From Mobula hypostoma (lineage: Eukaryota), in the NCBI RefSeq assembly GCF_963921235.1, contig NC_086118.1:13952001-14016000 (forward strand): DNA of 64,000 bases. Direction: 5' to 3'. Each line of letters starts with the position of its first letter. Within the stretch, counting starts at the first letter, position 1. Under the pieces are notes generated by a model, which worked only from the letters and a program-made list of their open reading frames with translations, ran no database searches and had not been told where the DNA came from. A program made the translations under genes and the position numbers. Of this stretch, positions 25,376 through 39,330 are shown piece after piece.

Positions 25376-28260
25376 GTGAAAGAAGTGCATGGAGTAAAGC
25401 CAGATCTAACATATAGAGAGGCTTTGAGGAAAGAGAAGCAGAATAAACGGTGTAAAGACAGTAAGTTAGAAGGGCTGAAATGTGTGTACCTCAATGCAAG
25501 AAGCATCAGGAACAAAGGTGATGAACTGAGAGCTTGGATACATACATGGAATTATGATGTAGTGGCCATTACAGAGACTTGGCTGGCACCAGGGCAGGAA
25601 TGGATTCTCAATATTCCTGGATTTCGGTGCTTTAAAAGGGATAGAGAGGGTGGAAAAAGGGGAGGAGGGGTGACATTACTGGTCAGAGATACTATTACAG
25701 CTACAGAAAGGGTGGGTAATGTAGCAGGATCTTCTTTTGAGTCAATATGGGTGGAAGTCAGGAACAGGAAGAGAGCAGTTACTCTTTTGGAGGTATTCTA
25801 TAGGCCCCCTGGTGGCAGCAGAGATACAGAGCAGCAGATCAGGAGGCAGATTTTGGAAAGGTGCAAAAATAACAGGGTTGTTATCATGAGTGACTTTAAC
25901 TTCCCTAATATTGATTGGCACCTGATTAGTTCCATGGGTTTAGCTGGGGCAGAGTTTGTTAAGTGTGTCCAGGACGGATTCCTGTCACAGTATGTGGACA
26001 GGCCGACTAGGAGGAATGTCATACGAGATCTAGTACTAGGTAATGAACTGGAATAGGTTACAGATCTGTCAGTGGGTGAGCATCTGGGGGACAGTGACCA
26101 CCACTCCCTGGCCTTTAGCATTACCATGGGAAAGGATAGAATCAGAGAGGACAGGAAAATTTTTAATTGGGGAAAGGCAAATTATGAGGTTATAAGGCTA
26201 GAACGTGGGTGTGAATTGAGATGATGCTTTTGCAGGGAAATGCACTATGGACATGTGGTCGATGTTTAGAGATCTCTTGCAGGATGTTAGGGATAAATTT
26301 ATCCCGGTGAGGAAGATAAAGAATGGTAGGGTGAAGGAACCATGGGTGACAAGTGAGGTGGAAAATCTAGTCAGGTGGAAGAAGGCAACATACATGAGGT
26401 TTAGGAAGCAAGGATCAGATGGGTCTATTGAGGAATATAGGGAAGCAAGAAAGGAGCTTAAGAAGGGGCTGAGAAGAGCAAGAAGGGGGCATGAGAAGGC
26501 CTTGGTGAGTAGGGTAAAGGAAAACCCCAAGGCATTCTTCAATTATGTGAAGAAAAAAAGGATGACAGGAGTGAAGGTAGGACCGATTAGAGATAAAGGT
26601 GGGAAGATGTGCCTGGAGGCTGTGGAAGTGAGTGAGGTCCTCAATGAATACTTCTCTTCGGTATTCACCAATAAGAGGGAACTTGATGGTGAGGACAATA
26701 TGAGTGAGGTTGATGTTCTGGAGCATGTTGATATAAAGGGAGAGGAGGTGTTGGAGTTGTTAAAATACATGAGGATGGATAAGTCCCCCGGGCCTGACAG
26801 AATATTCCCCAGGCTGCTCCACGAGGCGAGGGAAGAGATTGCTGAGCCTCTGGCTAGGATCTTTATGTCCTCGTTGTCCAGGGGAATGGTACCAGAGGAT
26901 TGGAGGGAGGTGAATGTTGTCCCCTCGTTCAAAAAAGGTAGTAGGGATAGTCCGGGTAATTATAGCCCAATGAGCCTTATGTCTATGGTGGGAAAGCTGC
27001 TGGAAAAGATTCTTAGAGATAGGATATCTGGGCATTTAGAGAATCATGGTCTGATCAGGAACAGGCAGCATGGCTTTGTGAAGGGCAGATCGTGTCTAAC
27101 AAGCCTGATAGAGTTCTTTGAGGAGGTGACCAGGCACATAGATGAGGGTAGTGCAGTGGATGTGATCTATATGGATTTTTGTAAGGCATTTGACAAGGTT
27201 CCACTCGGGAGGCTTATTCAGATCGTCAGAAGGCATGGGATCCAGGGAAGTTTGACCAGGTGGATTCAGAATTGGCTTGCCTGTAGAAGGCAGAGGATTG
27301 TGGTGGAGGGAGTACATTCAGATTAGAGGATTATGTCTAGTGGTGTCCCACAAGGATCTGTTCTGGGACCTCTACTTTTCGTGATTTTTATTAACGACCT
27401 GGATGTGGAGGTAGAAGGGGGGGTTGGCAAGTTTGCAGATGACACAAAGGTTGGTAGTGTTGTAGATAGCGTAGAGGATTGTCAAAGATTGCAGAGAGAC
27501 ATTGATAGGATGCAGAAGTGGGCTGAGAAGTGGCAGATGGAGTTCAACCCGGAGAAGTGTGAGGTGGTACACTTTGGAAGGACAAACTCCAAGCAGAGTA
27601 CAAAGTAAATGGCAGAATACTTGGTAGTGTGGAGGAGCAGAGGGATCTGGGAGTACATGTCCACAGATCCCTGAAAGTTCCCTCACAGGTGGATAGGGTA
27701 GTTAAGAAAGCTTATGGGGTGTTACCTTTCATAAGGTAAGGGATAGACTTTAAGAGTCGCGATGTAATGATGCATCTCTGTAAAACTCTGGTTAGGCCAC
27801 ACTTGTAGTATTGTGTCCAGTTCTGGTCGCCTCACTATAGGAAGAATGTGGAAGCATTGGAAAGGGTACAGAGGAGATTTACAAGATGCTGCCTGGTTTA
27901 GAGAGTATGCATTATGATCAGAGATTAAGGGAGCTAGGGCTTTACTCTTTGGAGAGAAGGAGGATGAGAGGAGACATGATAGAGGTGTACAAGATAATAA
28001 GAGGAATAGATAGAGTGGATAGCCAGCACCTCTTCCCCAGGGCACCACTGCTCAATACAAGAGGACATGGCTTTAAGGTAAGGGATGGGAAATTCAAGGG
28101 GGATATTAGAGGAAGGTTTTTTACTCAGAGAGTGGTTGGTGCGTGGAATGCACTGCCTGAGTCAGTGGTGGAGGCAGATACACTAGTGAAGTTTAAGAGA
28201 CTACTAGACAGGTATATGGAGGAATTTAAGGTGAGGGCTTATATGAAAGGCAGGGTTTGA
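25376..28260 (+). pseudogene. CR1-A ORF2: AP endonuclease + reverse transcriptase, disrupted
   Basis: YLNARSI, ITETW, YRPP, DFN.P.IDW, SDH, KSPGPD, QHGF..GRSC, KAFDKV, GVPQGSVLGP, FADDTK; several stops and frameshifts. Confidence 0.95.
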
Positions 28261-28322
28261 GGGTCGGCACAACATTGTGGGCCGAAGGGCCTGTACTGTG
28301 CTTTACCATTCTATGTTCTATG

Positions 28323-30550
28323 AAGTCGGCCATTTTTCTCGGCGGTTGATCGGGACAGGAGTGCGCAAGTGTGTGCAAGTCAGTCCATGAGTCAGCAGGA
28401 GTATTTAAAAGAGAGCAGTTTGATGGAGCGGGAGACATTGTAGCGGGCGATGGAGTAGAGGGAGACAGAGTAGAAAGGCTTTGGCTTGAGAGGCTTCGGC
28501 GAGCAGAGGCTGAGGACGAGCTTCACTCCAAGTGAGGACCCCTCGAAAGTCTTCGGCAAAGAGGCTGAGAGAGGAGACTACGCCACAGTTGGAGAGGGTG
28601 AGAAGTGATGAAGAGATGACCGCTAGGCTGATTCAGTGTGCTCCGTGCATGATATGGGAGGTCAGGGACACTGATAGTGCCTCTAGATCCTACACCTGTG
28701 GAAAATGTGTCCAGTTTCAGCTTCTGAAAGACCATGTTGCAGCACTGGTGAGGCAACTGGAAGACCTTCGGTTCATCCAGGAAAATGAGAGTTTTCTGGA
28801 CAGGACCTACAGTGAGGTCGTTACACCGAGGATACTGGAAGAGAGAAGCGGGGTGACGATGAGCAAGGAAAGGATGCTTGAAGTACAGGAGACCCCGGGG
28901 GATGTGCCTCTCGTAAACAGGTTCACCCTCTTGGAAGCTGTCGGAACAGAAGATGATTCCAGCCTGAGAGGTGGACGGGTCTACGAGTCAACAATTGGCA
29001 CTGAAGCAAAGCCGAGGAGACAGTCGTCAGGCAGTGCCGTGGTAGTAGGGGACTCCATAGTGAGAGGTACAGAAAGGGGTTTCTGTGGCAACAGGCGAAA
29101 TTTAAGGATGGTGTGTTGCCTCCCTCGTGCCGGGATCCAGGATGTCACGGACCGATTGCAGGGAATCCTCAAGAGTGAAGGTGAACATCCGGAAGTGGTG
29201 GTGCATGTCGGCATAAATGACGTGGGAAGAAGAGGAAAGACATTCTACAGCGCGACTTCAGAGAACTTAGAAGAAGGCTGAAAAGCAGGACTTCCAGGGT
29301 GGTTATCTCTGGTTTGCTTCCAGTTCCTCGTGCTGGAGTGGGTAAGAACAGGGAGATAATGGATCTGAATGTGTGGCCGAGGAACTGGTGCAGGAAGCAA
29401 GGATTTACATTCTTGGACCATTGGGGTATGTTTCGGCGTAAGGATGAATTGTACAAAAGGAACGGGATGCACCTTAATAAGCGGGGCACCAGCATTCTGG
29501 CAGGCAGGTTTGCCTCTGCAACACGGGTGTGTTTAAACTAAGTAGTGGTGGGGAGGGGATGAACTGGAAATATAAGGATGGAGATAAAGGGAAAGTGAGA
29601 ATAAGAAAAGTTAAGAAAGACAGCAGAATCAACAGAGCAGAAAGCTCGAGAGGGGATCGTACAGTACGGTCAAGTGAAATAGGAATTGATATGGGAGGTG
29701 AGGGGAGTAATGAATTAAAAGTATTGTATATGAATGCACGGAGTATAAGAAATAAAGTGGACGAGCTTGAGGCACAGTTGGAAATTGGTAAGTATGATGT
29801 TGTGGGAATAACAGAGACATGGCTTCAAGTGGACAGGACCTGGGAAATGAATATTCAAGGATATACGTCCTATCGAAAGGGCAGACTGATGGGCAGAGGG
29901 GGTTGGGGTGGCTCTGTTGGTGAGGAATGATATTCAGTCCCTTGCGAGGGGGAACATAGAATCAAGAGACGTTGAGTCAGTATGGATAGAACTGAGAAAT
30001 TCCCAGGGTAGAAAGACCCTAATGGGAGTTACCTACAGGCCCCCAAACAGCAGTCTGGATGTAGGGTGTAAGTTGAATCAAGAGTTAAAATTGGCATGTC
30101 ACAAAGGTAATACTACAGTTGTTATGGGGGATTTCAACATGCAGGTAGACTGGAGGAATCAGGTTGGTACTGGACCCCAAGAAAGGGAGTTTGTGGAGTC
30201 CCTCCGAGATGGATTCTTAGAACAGCTTGTATTGGAGCCTACCAGAGAGAACACAATTCTAGATTTAGTGTTGTGCAATGAACCGGATTTGATCAGGGAC
30301 CTTGAGGTAAAGGAGCCATTAGGAGGTAGTGACCATAAAATGATAAGTTTTAATCTACAATTTGAGAGGGAGAAGGGAAACTCTGAAGTGTCCGTATTAC
30401 AGTTGAACAAAGGGTACTGACATGGATTGAAAATTGGCTGGCTGACAGAAAACAAAGAGTAGCGATTAATGGGTCTCTTTCGGAATGGCAGGTGGTGACC
30501 AGTGGGGTACCGCAGGGGTCTGTGCTGGGACCGCAGCTGTTTACAATCAC
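28323..30550 (+). mobile_element. Second, divergent CR1 (CR1-B): monomer, ORF1, APE, then a deletion into RT; truncated
   Basis: ORF1 CAPC..CGKC, VVGDSIVRG, HVGINDVG. APE YMNARSI, ITETW, YRPP, MGDFN, GSDH. Near 30416 it jumps to WIENWL..SGVPQGSVLGP. Confidence 0.92.
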
Positions 30551-32774
30551 GGTAGATGGGATTGATGATGTTTCCTCACAATCTGGTGTATAGATCTAAT
30601 GATGACTGTCTAGAGGTGATAATGAGTCAACCATTCAGAGAAGAGAAGAAACTTCACCCAAATTGCTGTGAATCTTTAGAATTATTTACCAAAGTGAACT
30701 GCAGAGGCTTAGACACAGAGTCTGGTTAAGACAGAGATCTTATTATTATTTTATACAAATGTTGAGTAACAAATTTCTATTTCTGATCACAGAAGATTTC
30801 TGAATAATCATACTAAACCAATCTATCAACTTTGATTTCAATAGTCATTTATAGCCTTTTAGGACTTCTGACATTTTGGAAATGGCTTCTCTTGACATGC
30901 AGTGGACCTGCTTACATGATTGATTCGCTAGAGTTTATCTCAATGACCAAAACAAATTATATTCCATCAGTATTACAAGAGTAAATCTACTAACATTAAA
31001 TATCCAGTACCCAATCAAAAGAGAAAAGGTTTTCACTAATTAGATCTATGATTCCAAATTAGCCCTTATGTTGAGCCTGACAGTTTCTGTTAGGAGGGAC
31101 CTGTGGAAAATAGAAAATACAAAAATATTTACCCACTATTTTTTCCACTTACAGTAGATGCTTGAAAGGGCGGTGAGGTAGAATTAAGTTGCAAAACAAA
31201 CAGTAGAATTTTTAGATGGTGGTGTATTTATAGATGAATTTCCACTATTAGAGTATGATGATATCATTAGTGTCCACATTTCTGAAGACATATGGAAGTG
31301 CAGAAGCTATCTGTGTAAATCCATTACAAGAAGCACATACATTCAGCCATCTATTTTGGAAAATACTGCATGCATCTTTTATTCCAATGTTTATTGAATC
31401 TAATGCTGGTGATTCAAATAGCAAACTATCAAAAGCCGAGGCACAAAATGTAATATTAGAGATGAAAAGTGGAACAACGGCCTTACTTTTTCTACTAAGA
31501 TGCTGTTGAGAAATGAACATCAATGCCAATGTATTTCTGTGACCATCTTAAAATGATATTACAAAGAACACTCGAGAGCCTCCTATTGTTGTTATGGTTT
31601 AGAGTAGAATATTATCCTTATTTTGTAAAGAATATTTTCCTCTATTGGAGGAAGCAAGTGAACTGGTTGAGTTTTACAATATCTTTTCAGTTATTTTTTA
31701 TTAGATTTTATTCCAGGTATTTTGAAAACTAATTTGAAAATTTCAAACTTCAGTGGAGGGAATTGACCATTCACTTCAGCTGTTCGATTTTCTCTCACAT
31801 GAACCTCTGGTGAACTACTCAATAGAAAGGATGATACTTGTGGAAGAAGGATCAAAGATACAGGACTTTCATGTGATAAATTTAATCATATTAAGCAAAT
31901 TCAGTAAGAGGGAAAGACAAGAGGGAAAACAAGTAAGTAAAGAGAGTTGTAGGTGAAGTGATAAAACAGGAGAGAATAAAAAAAAATGTTCCAAAGAAAT
32001 GGAACAAGGGCAGATACAAAGCCACAAAGGTGGCCCTTACAATAAGTATAATTTTGTTTCTTCCAGCTTCCACAGCTATACTTTCATCTTAAATAAACAA
32101 AACTCTGATTTTTTTTTCTCTTAGATTTCCCCCTCTCTATCCTCCTTCCTGTTTACCAACACTCTTAAGATCTACCTCTAATAGTTTTCAATCACTTGTA
32201 GCTCCTGCTGTGTCATTCCATGTCATATATCCTGCTAAAATTTCTATAAGCACATTATGATATTTTAATAAACTAAAGATGTAAAATCAAATATAAGGTT
32301 TTGGTTTATCAAAAGTGATTCTGTGTGCTAAACAACTTTGTTGAGTTTTGTATCAAGAGAGTAACCAGGGTTGTTGGGGTTACCAACAGTCTCCTATTGT
32401 ACGGGATACCCTGCATTTCACTGGAAATAGGCTGCCTCATGCGAAATCATTATGGGACACCTTAACAATTTTCCAGCTAGATCTATCCCTTGTCATAGCA
32501 TTATACTCCCTCCACTTAGACTCTCGTCTGGATTCATACTGCTTTTTCAACACTTTCCAAACAAAGCCTTCATCCCCACCCTTCAGTTCACTGAGCATCA
32601 CTCAGTTTTTAAGTAGTATGGCTCCACCACCATTTTGTTTCTGCATTTTTAGTAACAAATTCTACTGCATAGCTGGACTTGATGATTACTGACAACTATG
32701 TGAAACACAGTGATATGAGGAAAAGCTTACAGTGGCCAAGTGCACAGCTGAGGCAAAGTGTATGGATAATCTTT

Positions 32775-33340
32775 CACACATTTCACCAGTTTGGCATCGT
32801 TACACTGGCTGCCTTTGTCTTTCAGGATCAGTTTTAAAATGCTCTAATTGTATATAAGGCACTGAATAATCTAAAGCTTCCTTTTGGATGTTTTGGAGTG
32901 TCTATCACCTTACATCATCTTACATTGCAATCTTAGATCCATGAATACTGACTTACTTAGCGTTCCTAGAGTCCCAAGCATATGAGAACTAATGATGTGG
33001 CCTTTTGCTCTTATGCACCAAAAATATGGAATACTCTACACACTGAGATATGCAAGGAGAGTACTGTGGAACATCTCAAAACACTTCTAAAAAGCTGAAT
33101 TTTAATTTGGCCTACTTATAGAATTACTTACTACCTGTTGATGTTGATTACATATATATAATTTAGTATATTCAATTACATTTTATTCTATATAATGTTT
33201 GTCTTTGCATACGTTATTTAATTTTGTATCATTTTTATGATTATATTGACTTATCTTTACAATCTATGTAAAGCACTTTGAGTTTGCACCTTAATGTATG
33301 GAAGGTGCTATATAAATGCAGTTGCATTATTATTACTGCA
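32775..33340 (+). mobile_element. L2-clade LINE 3' end
   Basis: HISPV..LHWLP..FRI.FK..VYKALNNL remnant; tail taaagcactttgag...aaggtgctatataaat(att)n. Confidence 0.8.
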
Positions 33341-35383
33341 TATTATTCTTCCTTTTACTCTGCTTTGTATTAGGACATCAAGAGGGTTGGTCAACATTTG
33401 AGTGCTGATGCTTTTGGAGATTTCCATTAAGAAAACAGGGATTTCCTAAAATAGAGATTTTACAACTTATCGACTCAACAGGGAAGCATCAGCTGAGGTG
33501 GAGAGAAGAACAAGAGCAATGCTGATTGTTATAAGTGTGAGGAGTGAGAAGCATTACGATAATTACAATGAAGTTCAAAGTAAAAAGTAATTTTAAAGTT
33601 CAAAGAATCAGGTGTATGGGAACTCGACCGGCTACAGGTTCTCCTCCAGGTGTGCAAGTTGCAGTAAGACAAGGATAAGCTTTGGAAATTGTTGTCAAGT
33701 GAGACCTCTTATGTGAGACCACCGAAGACAAGTGACAAGGATGTGAAGCGTACCCAACAACTAAGGCTGTATTGTCTTTACTAACTTCAAGTATCATCAG
33801 CTGTCTGTTTGAAGTTTCAATTGACTTTAACACATCTATTCTGAATTGTGATTGACCTTGCAAGTAAGGACTTCAAACATATACAATTTACAATAATCAA
33901 CATCCGTAACTAAGCTAATTCTGTATAAAGATAATAGTTTTCTGTCCTGGCTTCAACACAATGTGGGAGACAGGGGCCAAGCTGTTCTCCTTGAGCACAA
34001 GTAAAATAAAAAGAATGTCTGAGTCACAAGTGTGCACGTATTCTGGGCCCGGGTATTTTAGTTATTTTATTTATTTTATTGTCAGTGATGACAGTTACGT
34101 GCAGGTTCCACCGAGGCAGCTAAACTTTAGCTTCATTACTGTGGTGGTGTGTGCTGACAAACAACTGAACCCAGGTGCAGAGAAGTGACAGACTCCCATG
34201 TTGAGACAGAAGAAGACTTTATCCATTGAAACTACAATCGAACTTCGATGGCTTGACTGAGCAACACCATGAGATGACTCATTCTCAAAACACACAAAGA
34301 GTCCATGATAAGTGCTAATTGGGAGTCTACTTTAAATAATCGCAGTAGGGCAAAAACCCTTGCTAGTCACAATTAACTTGACAAGATCAAACAGAAAGCA
34401 CAAGGGTTTAACAATTCTCATCAAGGCAACAATTAGTAAATGCAGGTGCTTGAGAAACTGAGAAGCCCAATGCCCTACAGCTCGCTGCAGAGGTCCGGAG
34501 GGCTCATGATGGTTATGCAGGAGAAAGGAGTTCATTGATCAATCCTAAATCCTTAGGTTACTCATATTTGAGAAAGGGACTGAGTCTGCTGCTGGAATGC
34601 ACATGTCCTCCTGCGTGAAGTGATCAAGGTACACTAACTTAGTCGCCAAAATAGGAAAGCTGCTTTGCTTAAAAAAGAGACGAGATAATACCTTTGGAGT
34701 CCTGTGCAAGGTAATGCCAAGGGCTGGGTTGGAATCTCTCACGATGCGTTGTCATGGGCCAATTGGTGTTCCTCATGAGGTGTTACGGTGGGTTGGGTTG
34801 GAGTCATGCACCAAGCGCAGGAATGTTCAGTAAATGTGTTGATAAAAAAAGGAATTCCAAAATGTGCGTGTCTGCGTGTGTACACGTGTGTTTGCATGCC
34901 CTGATTGTGTGTGCATGAATGATGGAGGTCCTGGACCTCCAAAGGACTCTAGTAGCATGGATGTTTGTGCCAGAAAGTATTAAGTATATTGAGAAGTGTG
35001 TGAAATGGACTATGTGAATGTCTGCAGATGCGTGTTGGAAAAAGAAAAAATGTAAGAAGGCTGTGGAATGTTCTGCATTTGTTTAATGTAGGTGTGAAAT
35101 GCAGAAATGGTTAGATGAATCCCATAGATAAAGTAGAGAAAATGAACCAAAGCTAAAGACACAAAAGATCCAAAAAGAACAGCCAAAGATGATGATATCT
35201 GCTTTAAGGGGAGAAAAAAAACTAAACAACGTAAACAAACAGTATCAAACTAGGCAAATTACATCTCCATAATCCTCTGTATTAGCAATTACCATTACCA
35301 CAGAGCCTACACCAGGCGCCACCTCCTGGTTATCTGGGACCATCAGTGCCAACCAGTGTTCCAGCACTGACTAAGCTTTTGAC

Positions 35384-35510
35384 AAACACAAGAACATCTG
35401 CAGACACTGGAAAACCTAATGAAGGGTCTCGGCCCAAAATGTTGACTGTATACACCTTTCCATCAATGCTGTCTGGCCTGCTAAGTTCCTTCAGCATTTT
35501 GTGTGTGTTG
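35384..35510 (+). mobile_element. 127-bp Penelope-type mini-insertion with a degenerate hammerhead motif and 13-bp TSD
   Basis: CTAAGCTTTTGAC at 35371-35383 and 35511-35523; CTAATGA-AGGGTCTCGGCCC-AAAAT-GTT-GACTG at 35416-35448. Confidence 0.8.
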
Positions 35511-36399
35511 CTAAGCTTTTGACTACCACTTCCAAGGGTAGAGAACAACATGGGGTGTGGGAGGGGTACTGGATCAATAGATGAAGATGCAGTGGCAGAA
35601 TGTACTAGGTCTCTTGTCTCTGGTGTGGGTCTGTATACTTTGTGCACATTTCAACTCAGGATGTGTGTCTGGTTGAAGTTTACAGACCATGGTCTAGCTA
35701 TGAATTTCATAAGGAGGATGTAGAAAGATTTATTCATAAGCTGGAACTCTTCTGTAAATACCATACTCCAAACGTTGATGATATGTGTTGCAATGGATGC
35801 CTGTTTGGGGACAGTTAAGTGGGAACAAATTAGAGAGTGCATTGAATGGCCAAGACAGGCGTAAGATGTTGATCCCAAGGCACTGTGGGCTAATCTACTA
35901 GAAGCATATTGGAAATGTTTCCCTCACATCATAGATTGGCATAAGAGGCACAGTGTCATGCAAAGAATATACAAAAATATTGATGAATACATGAATACAT
36001 GTGTGTGATGCACTTCAAAAATATTCTGGATTACCTTCAGGAGGGGAAAGCCCACCTTAATAAATGGTACTATAAAAGGGCTGCAGCCCAGTTTAAAAGA
36101 AATGTTCACTGCAACTTGTGTGTGATGGGAGGAGGAAGAGTTAAACAGAACAGTAAACATTCTACAACATTACCCAACGCAGCTATGATATCAAAAGATT
36201 AGAACTGTTAAAGAAATGAGGGCTATCCATGCCAGGGGTTACCTCACAGGGTTGGGGCAGCAGATGCGGTGGAGGGATGAGAAAGGAATGCCCACAGGTG
36301 TTGTGTTTTATTTACGGGCAGCTAGCCATTGGGCTTGAAGATGCTGGGACAACATTGAAAAGTCAGCTTCTGTCTCCACTGCCACCTGTGCAGCAGACT

Positions 36400-39330
36400 A
36401 CTTGGGCATTACATCAGTGTGCAAAAGACAACAAACTATGCAAATACAAAAAGAAGAAATAATAATAAAAATATAAGCAATAAAAATTGAGAACATCTTG
36501 ATGAAGAGTCCTTGAAAGTGATTCTATAGGTTGTGGGAAAATTTCAATGATGGGGCGTGAAGGTTATTTCCTTTGTTTCAGGAGCCTGATGGTTGAGGAG
36601 CAATAACCGTTTCTGAACCTGGTTGTGTGAGTCCTGAAGCTCCTGTACCTTCTTCCTGATGGCAACACCAAGAACAGAACATGTCCTGGGTGCTGGAATC
36701 TCTGATGATGGATGCTGCTTTCCTACGACAATATTCTATGTAGATGTGCTGAATAGTGGGGAGGGCTTTACCTGTGATAGAATGGACTATATCCATTAAT
36801 TTTTGTTGGACTTTCCATTCAAGGGCATTAGTGTTCTCATACCAGGCTGTAATGCAGCCAGTCAATATACCATCTACCTCACATATATAGAAGTTTGTCT
36901 AAATTTTAGATGCCATGCTAAATATTCTCAATCTCCTAAGGAAGTAGAGGTGCTGCCGTGCTTTCTTCATAATTGCATTTACATGTTAAGCCCAGGACTG
37001 GTTCTCCAAAATAATAACACCAAGGAATTTAAAGTTGCTGATCTCCTCCACCTCAGATCCGCTGCTGAGGACTGGCTCACAGAACTCTGGTTTCCTCGTT
37101 CTAAAGTCAATAATCAGCTCCTTGGACTTGGTAACATTAAGCGGTTGTTGTTGTGGCACCACTCACTCAGATTTTCAATCTCCCTCCTATATGCTGATTC
37201 TTCATCACCCTTTGTGATCTATGACAGTGGTGTCATAAGCAGACTCAAACATGGCATTGGAGCTGTGCTAAGCTACAGTGAGAGGTGTAAAGCAAGTAGA
37301 GGAGGGGGTTAAGCACACAACCTTCTGGTGCACCTGTGCAGATGGAGATTGTGGAGGAGATGTTGTTGTCAATACGAACTGACTGGAGATTGCAAGTGAG
37401 GAAATGAAGGATCCAATTGCACAAGGAGTTATTGAGGCCAAATTCTTGAAGCTTATTAATTAGTTTTTAGGGGCATGCTGGTATTGAATACCGAGCTGTA
37501 GTCAATAAAGAACATCCTGATGTATGCATCTTTATTGTCCAGATGTTCCAGGATTAAGCGAAGAGCCAATGAAATAGCATCTGCTGTAGACCTGTTGCTC
37601 CAGTAGGCAAATTGGAGATGATGCATGTCACCCCTCAGGCAGGAGTTGTTAAGTTTCATCACCAACCTCTCAAGGTAAGTACTACTAGACAATGGTCATC
37701 GAGGCAAGTTACCACTTTCTTCTTAGGCGCCAGTATAATTGAGGTCTGCTTGAAACAGGCGGGTACCTCAGACTCCCGAAGCACGAGGTTTAAAGATCTC
37801 AGTGAACACTCCAGCCAGTCAATCAGCACAGGTCTTTAGTGCTTGGCCAGTTTCTTCATCTGGGTTGATGCCATTCATGAGTTTACTCTCCGGAAGTTTG
37901 CTCACCTGTCTGTGTACACAACATCATCCAGGACTGTGGGAGTTTGTGATAGCTCTTCCATGTTTTCATGGTCAAAGCAAGCATAAAAGGCATTGAACTA
38001 ATCTGGAAGCAAAGTCCTGTTGTCACCTTCGTTACTTGATGAACATTATGAGTGGTAATAGTATTCAAGACCTGCCACAACTATGAAGCGTCCTTCCTTG
38101 ATTCAAGTTTAGTTCAGATTTGCCACTTCATCCATGAGATGGCTCTCCAGAGATTGTACCTGGACCTCTTTTAAATTTCTTGATCATCAGAGTTGAACAC
38201 CTCTGATCTGGACCTGAGCAGATTGTGTTTCTCATGGTTTATCCAGGGATTCAGAATGATTTTGTGGGTCACACTCATCTACAACTGTTTTTAAAAAGTC
38301 TTTGACAACCAATAATATCCACTGATGAGTCCTTGAACACAGCCCAGTCCTCCGACTCGAAGAAATCTCGTAAACGCTCCTCTACCTCCCGCAACCACCT
38401 CTTTATTGTCCTAAACTCTGGAGCTTTACTCCTTAACCTCTGTCTGTATGCAGGTAGAAGGAGGTTAGACAAGTGATCAGATTTCTCAAAATGCTGTCCA
38501 GTCTGGGCATGGAACGGTAGGCATTCCTTATCTTAGTTTAACAGTGTCCAGTTTGTTGGGACCTGATTATATGCTAATGGTAATTAGGCAGGATTTTCAT
38601 CAAACAAGCCTGGTTGAATTCCCCGACTATGATTTGAAATGTATCAGGATGGAGACAATTTCCTGTTTGCAGATAGTATCATGGAGTATCTGAAGCATTG
38701 GATTATAGTCGGCAGCTGATGGTATGTAAACTGCAGCTGGGGTTATGGAGGAGAGCTCCTTAGGTAAGTAGAATGGATGTCATTTAATTATTAGGTGATC
38801 AAGGTGGGGTGAACAAGAGTTCGACAAAACCACCATTTTGGAGCACCAGCAAGAGTTTATCATGAAGCACCTTGTGCCTTTTCTGTATCAGCAGTTAGGT
38901 CCATTCTGTGAATAGAGAAGCCTTGGATCTGATTGCTGTTTCTGGTGGTGCTGAGAGTAAGCCAAGTTTCATGCAAACATAGAACACAGCAATCTCCCAT
39001 TTCCCTCCGATACTGCAATCTTGCCCTCAATTTTGTGCTCCAGCAACTGCATATTTGCTAACAAGATGCTGGGTAGAGGAGGCCTCATCGCTCTGATTCA
39101 GCCTAGCTTGGAGATTCCCCCCTCTCTCCCCCCACCCCCACTTCAACTTCACTTCTAGCCATGGTCTGCCAATTTAATGATGGTATCTGCTTGGTCTACC
39201 AAGTCCTTCAGAAGACTGTGAAATCTGTAAATCCTTAAGTTGATTTAAAAGCACATTGCTTAAAGGGAAACTACTTGCTGCAGACTGCAGTGAGAATAAC
39301 TCAACAGAGTAATTGCAGTTATTCTGTGTT
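36400..39330 (-). mobile_element. Near full-length decayed Rex1/Babar LINE (APE + RT + C-terminus)
   Basis: PLPSILLAN, DCCVLC..ETW, VYIP, LLLPAYRQRL, LQFAY..NRSTADAI..HLDNKDAYIRMFFIDYSS.FNT, GCITAWY..AASII. Confidence 0.9.

Larger units (their letters stand above)
24092..28322 (+). mobile_element. Near full-length CR1 LINE (CR1-A)
   Basis: 5' monomers, ORF1, ORF2 (APE + RT), 3' UTR gggccgaagggcct and a (ttctatg)n tail at 28309-28322. Confidence 0.95.

Noticed and set aside
30740..32700. Several 60-114 aa ORFs in AT-rich unique sequence
   Set aside because: No homology recognised; several overlap on opposite strands, as expected for random ORFs.
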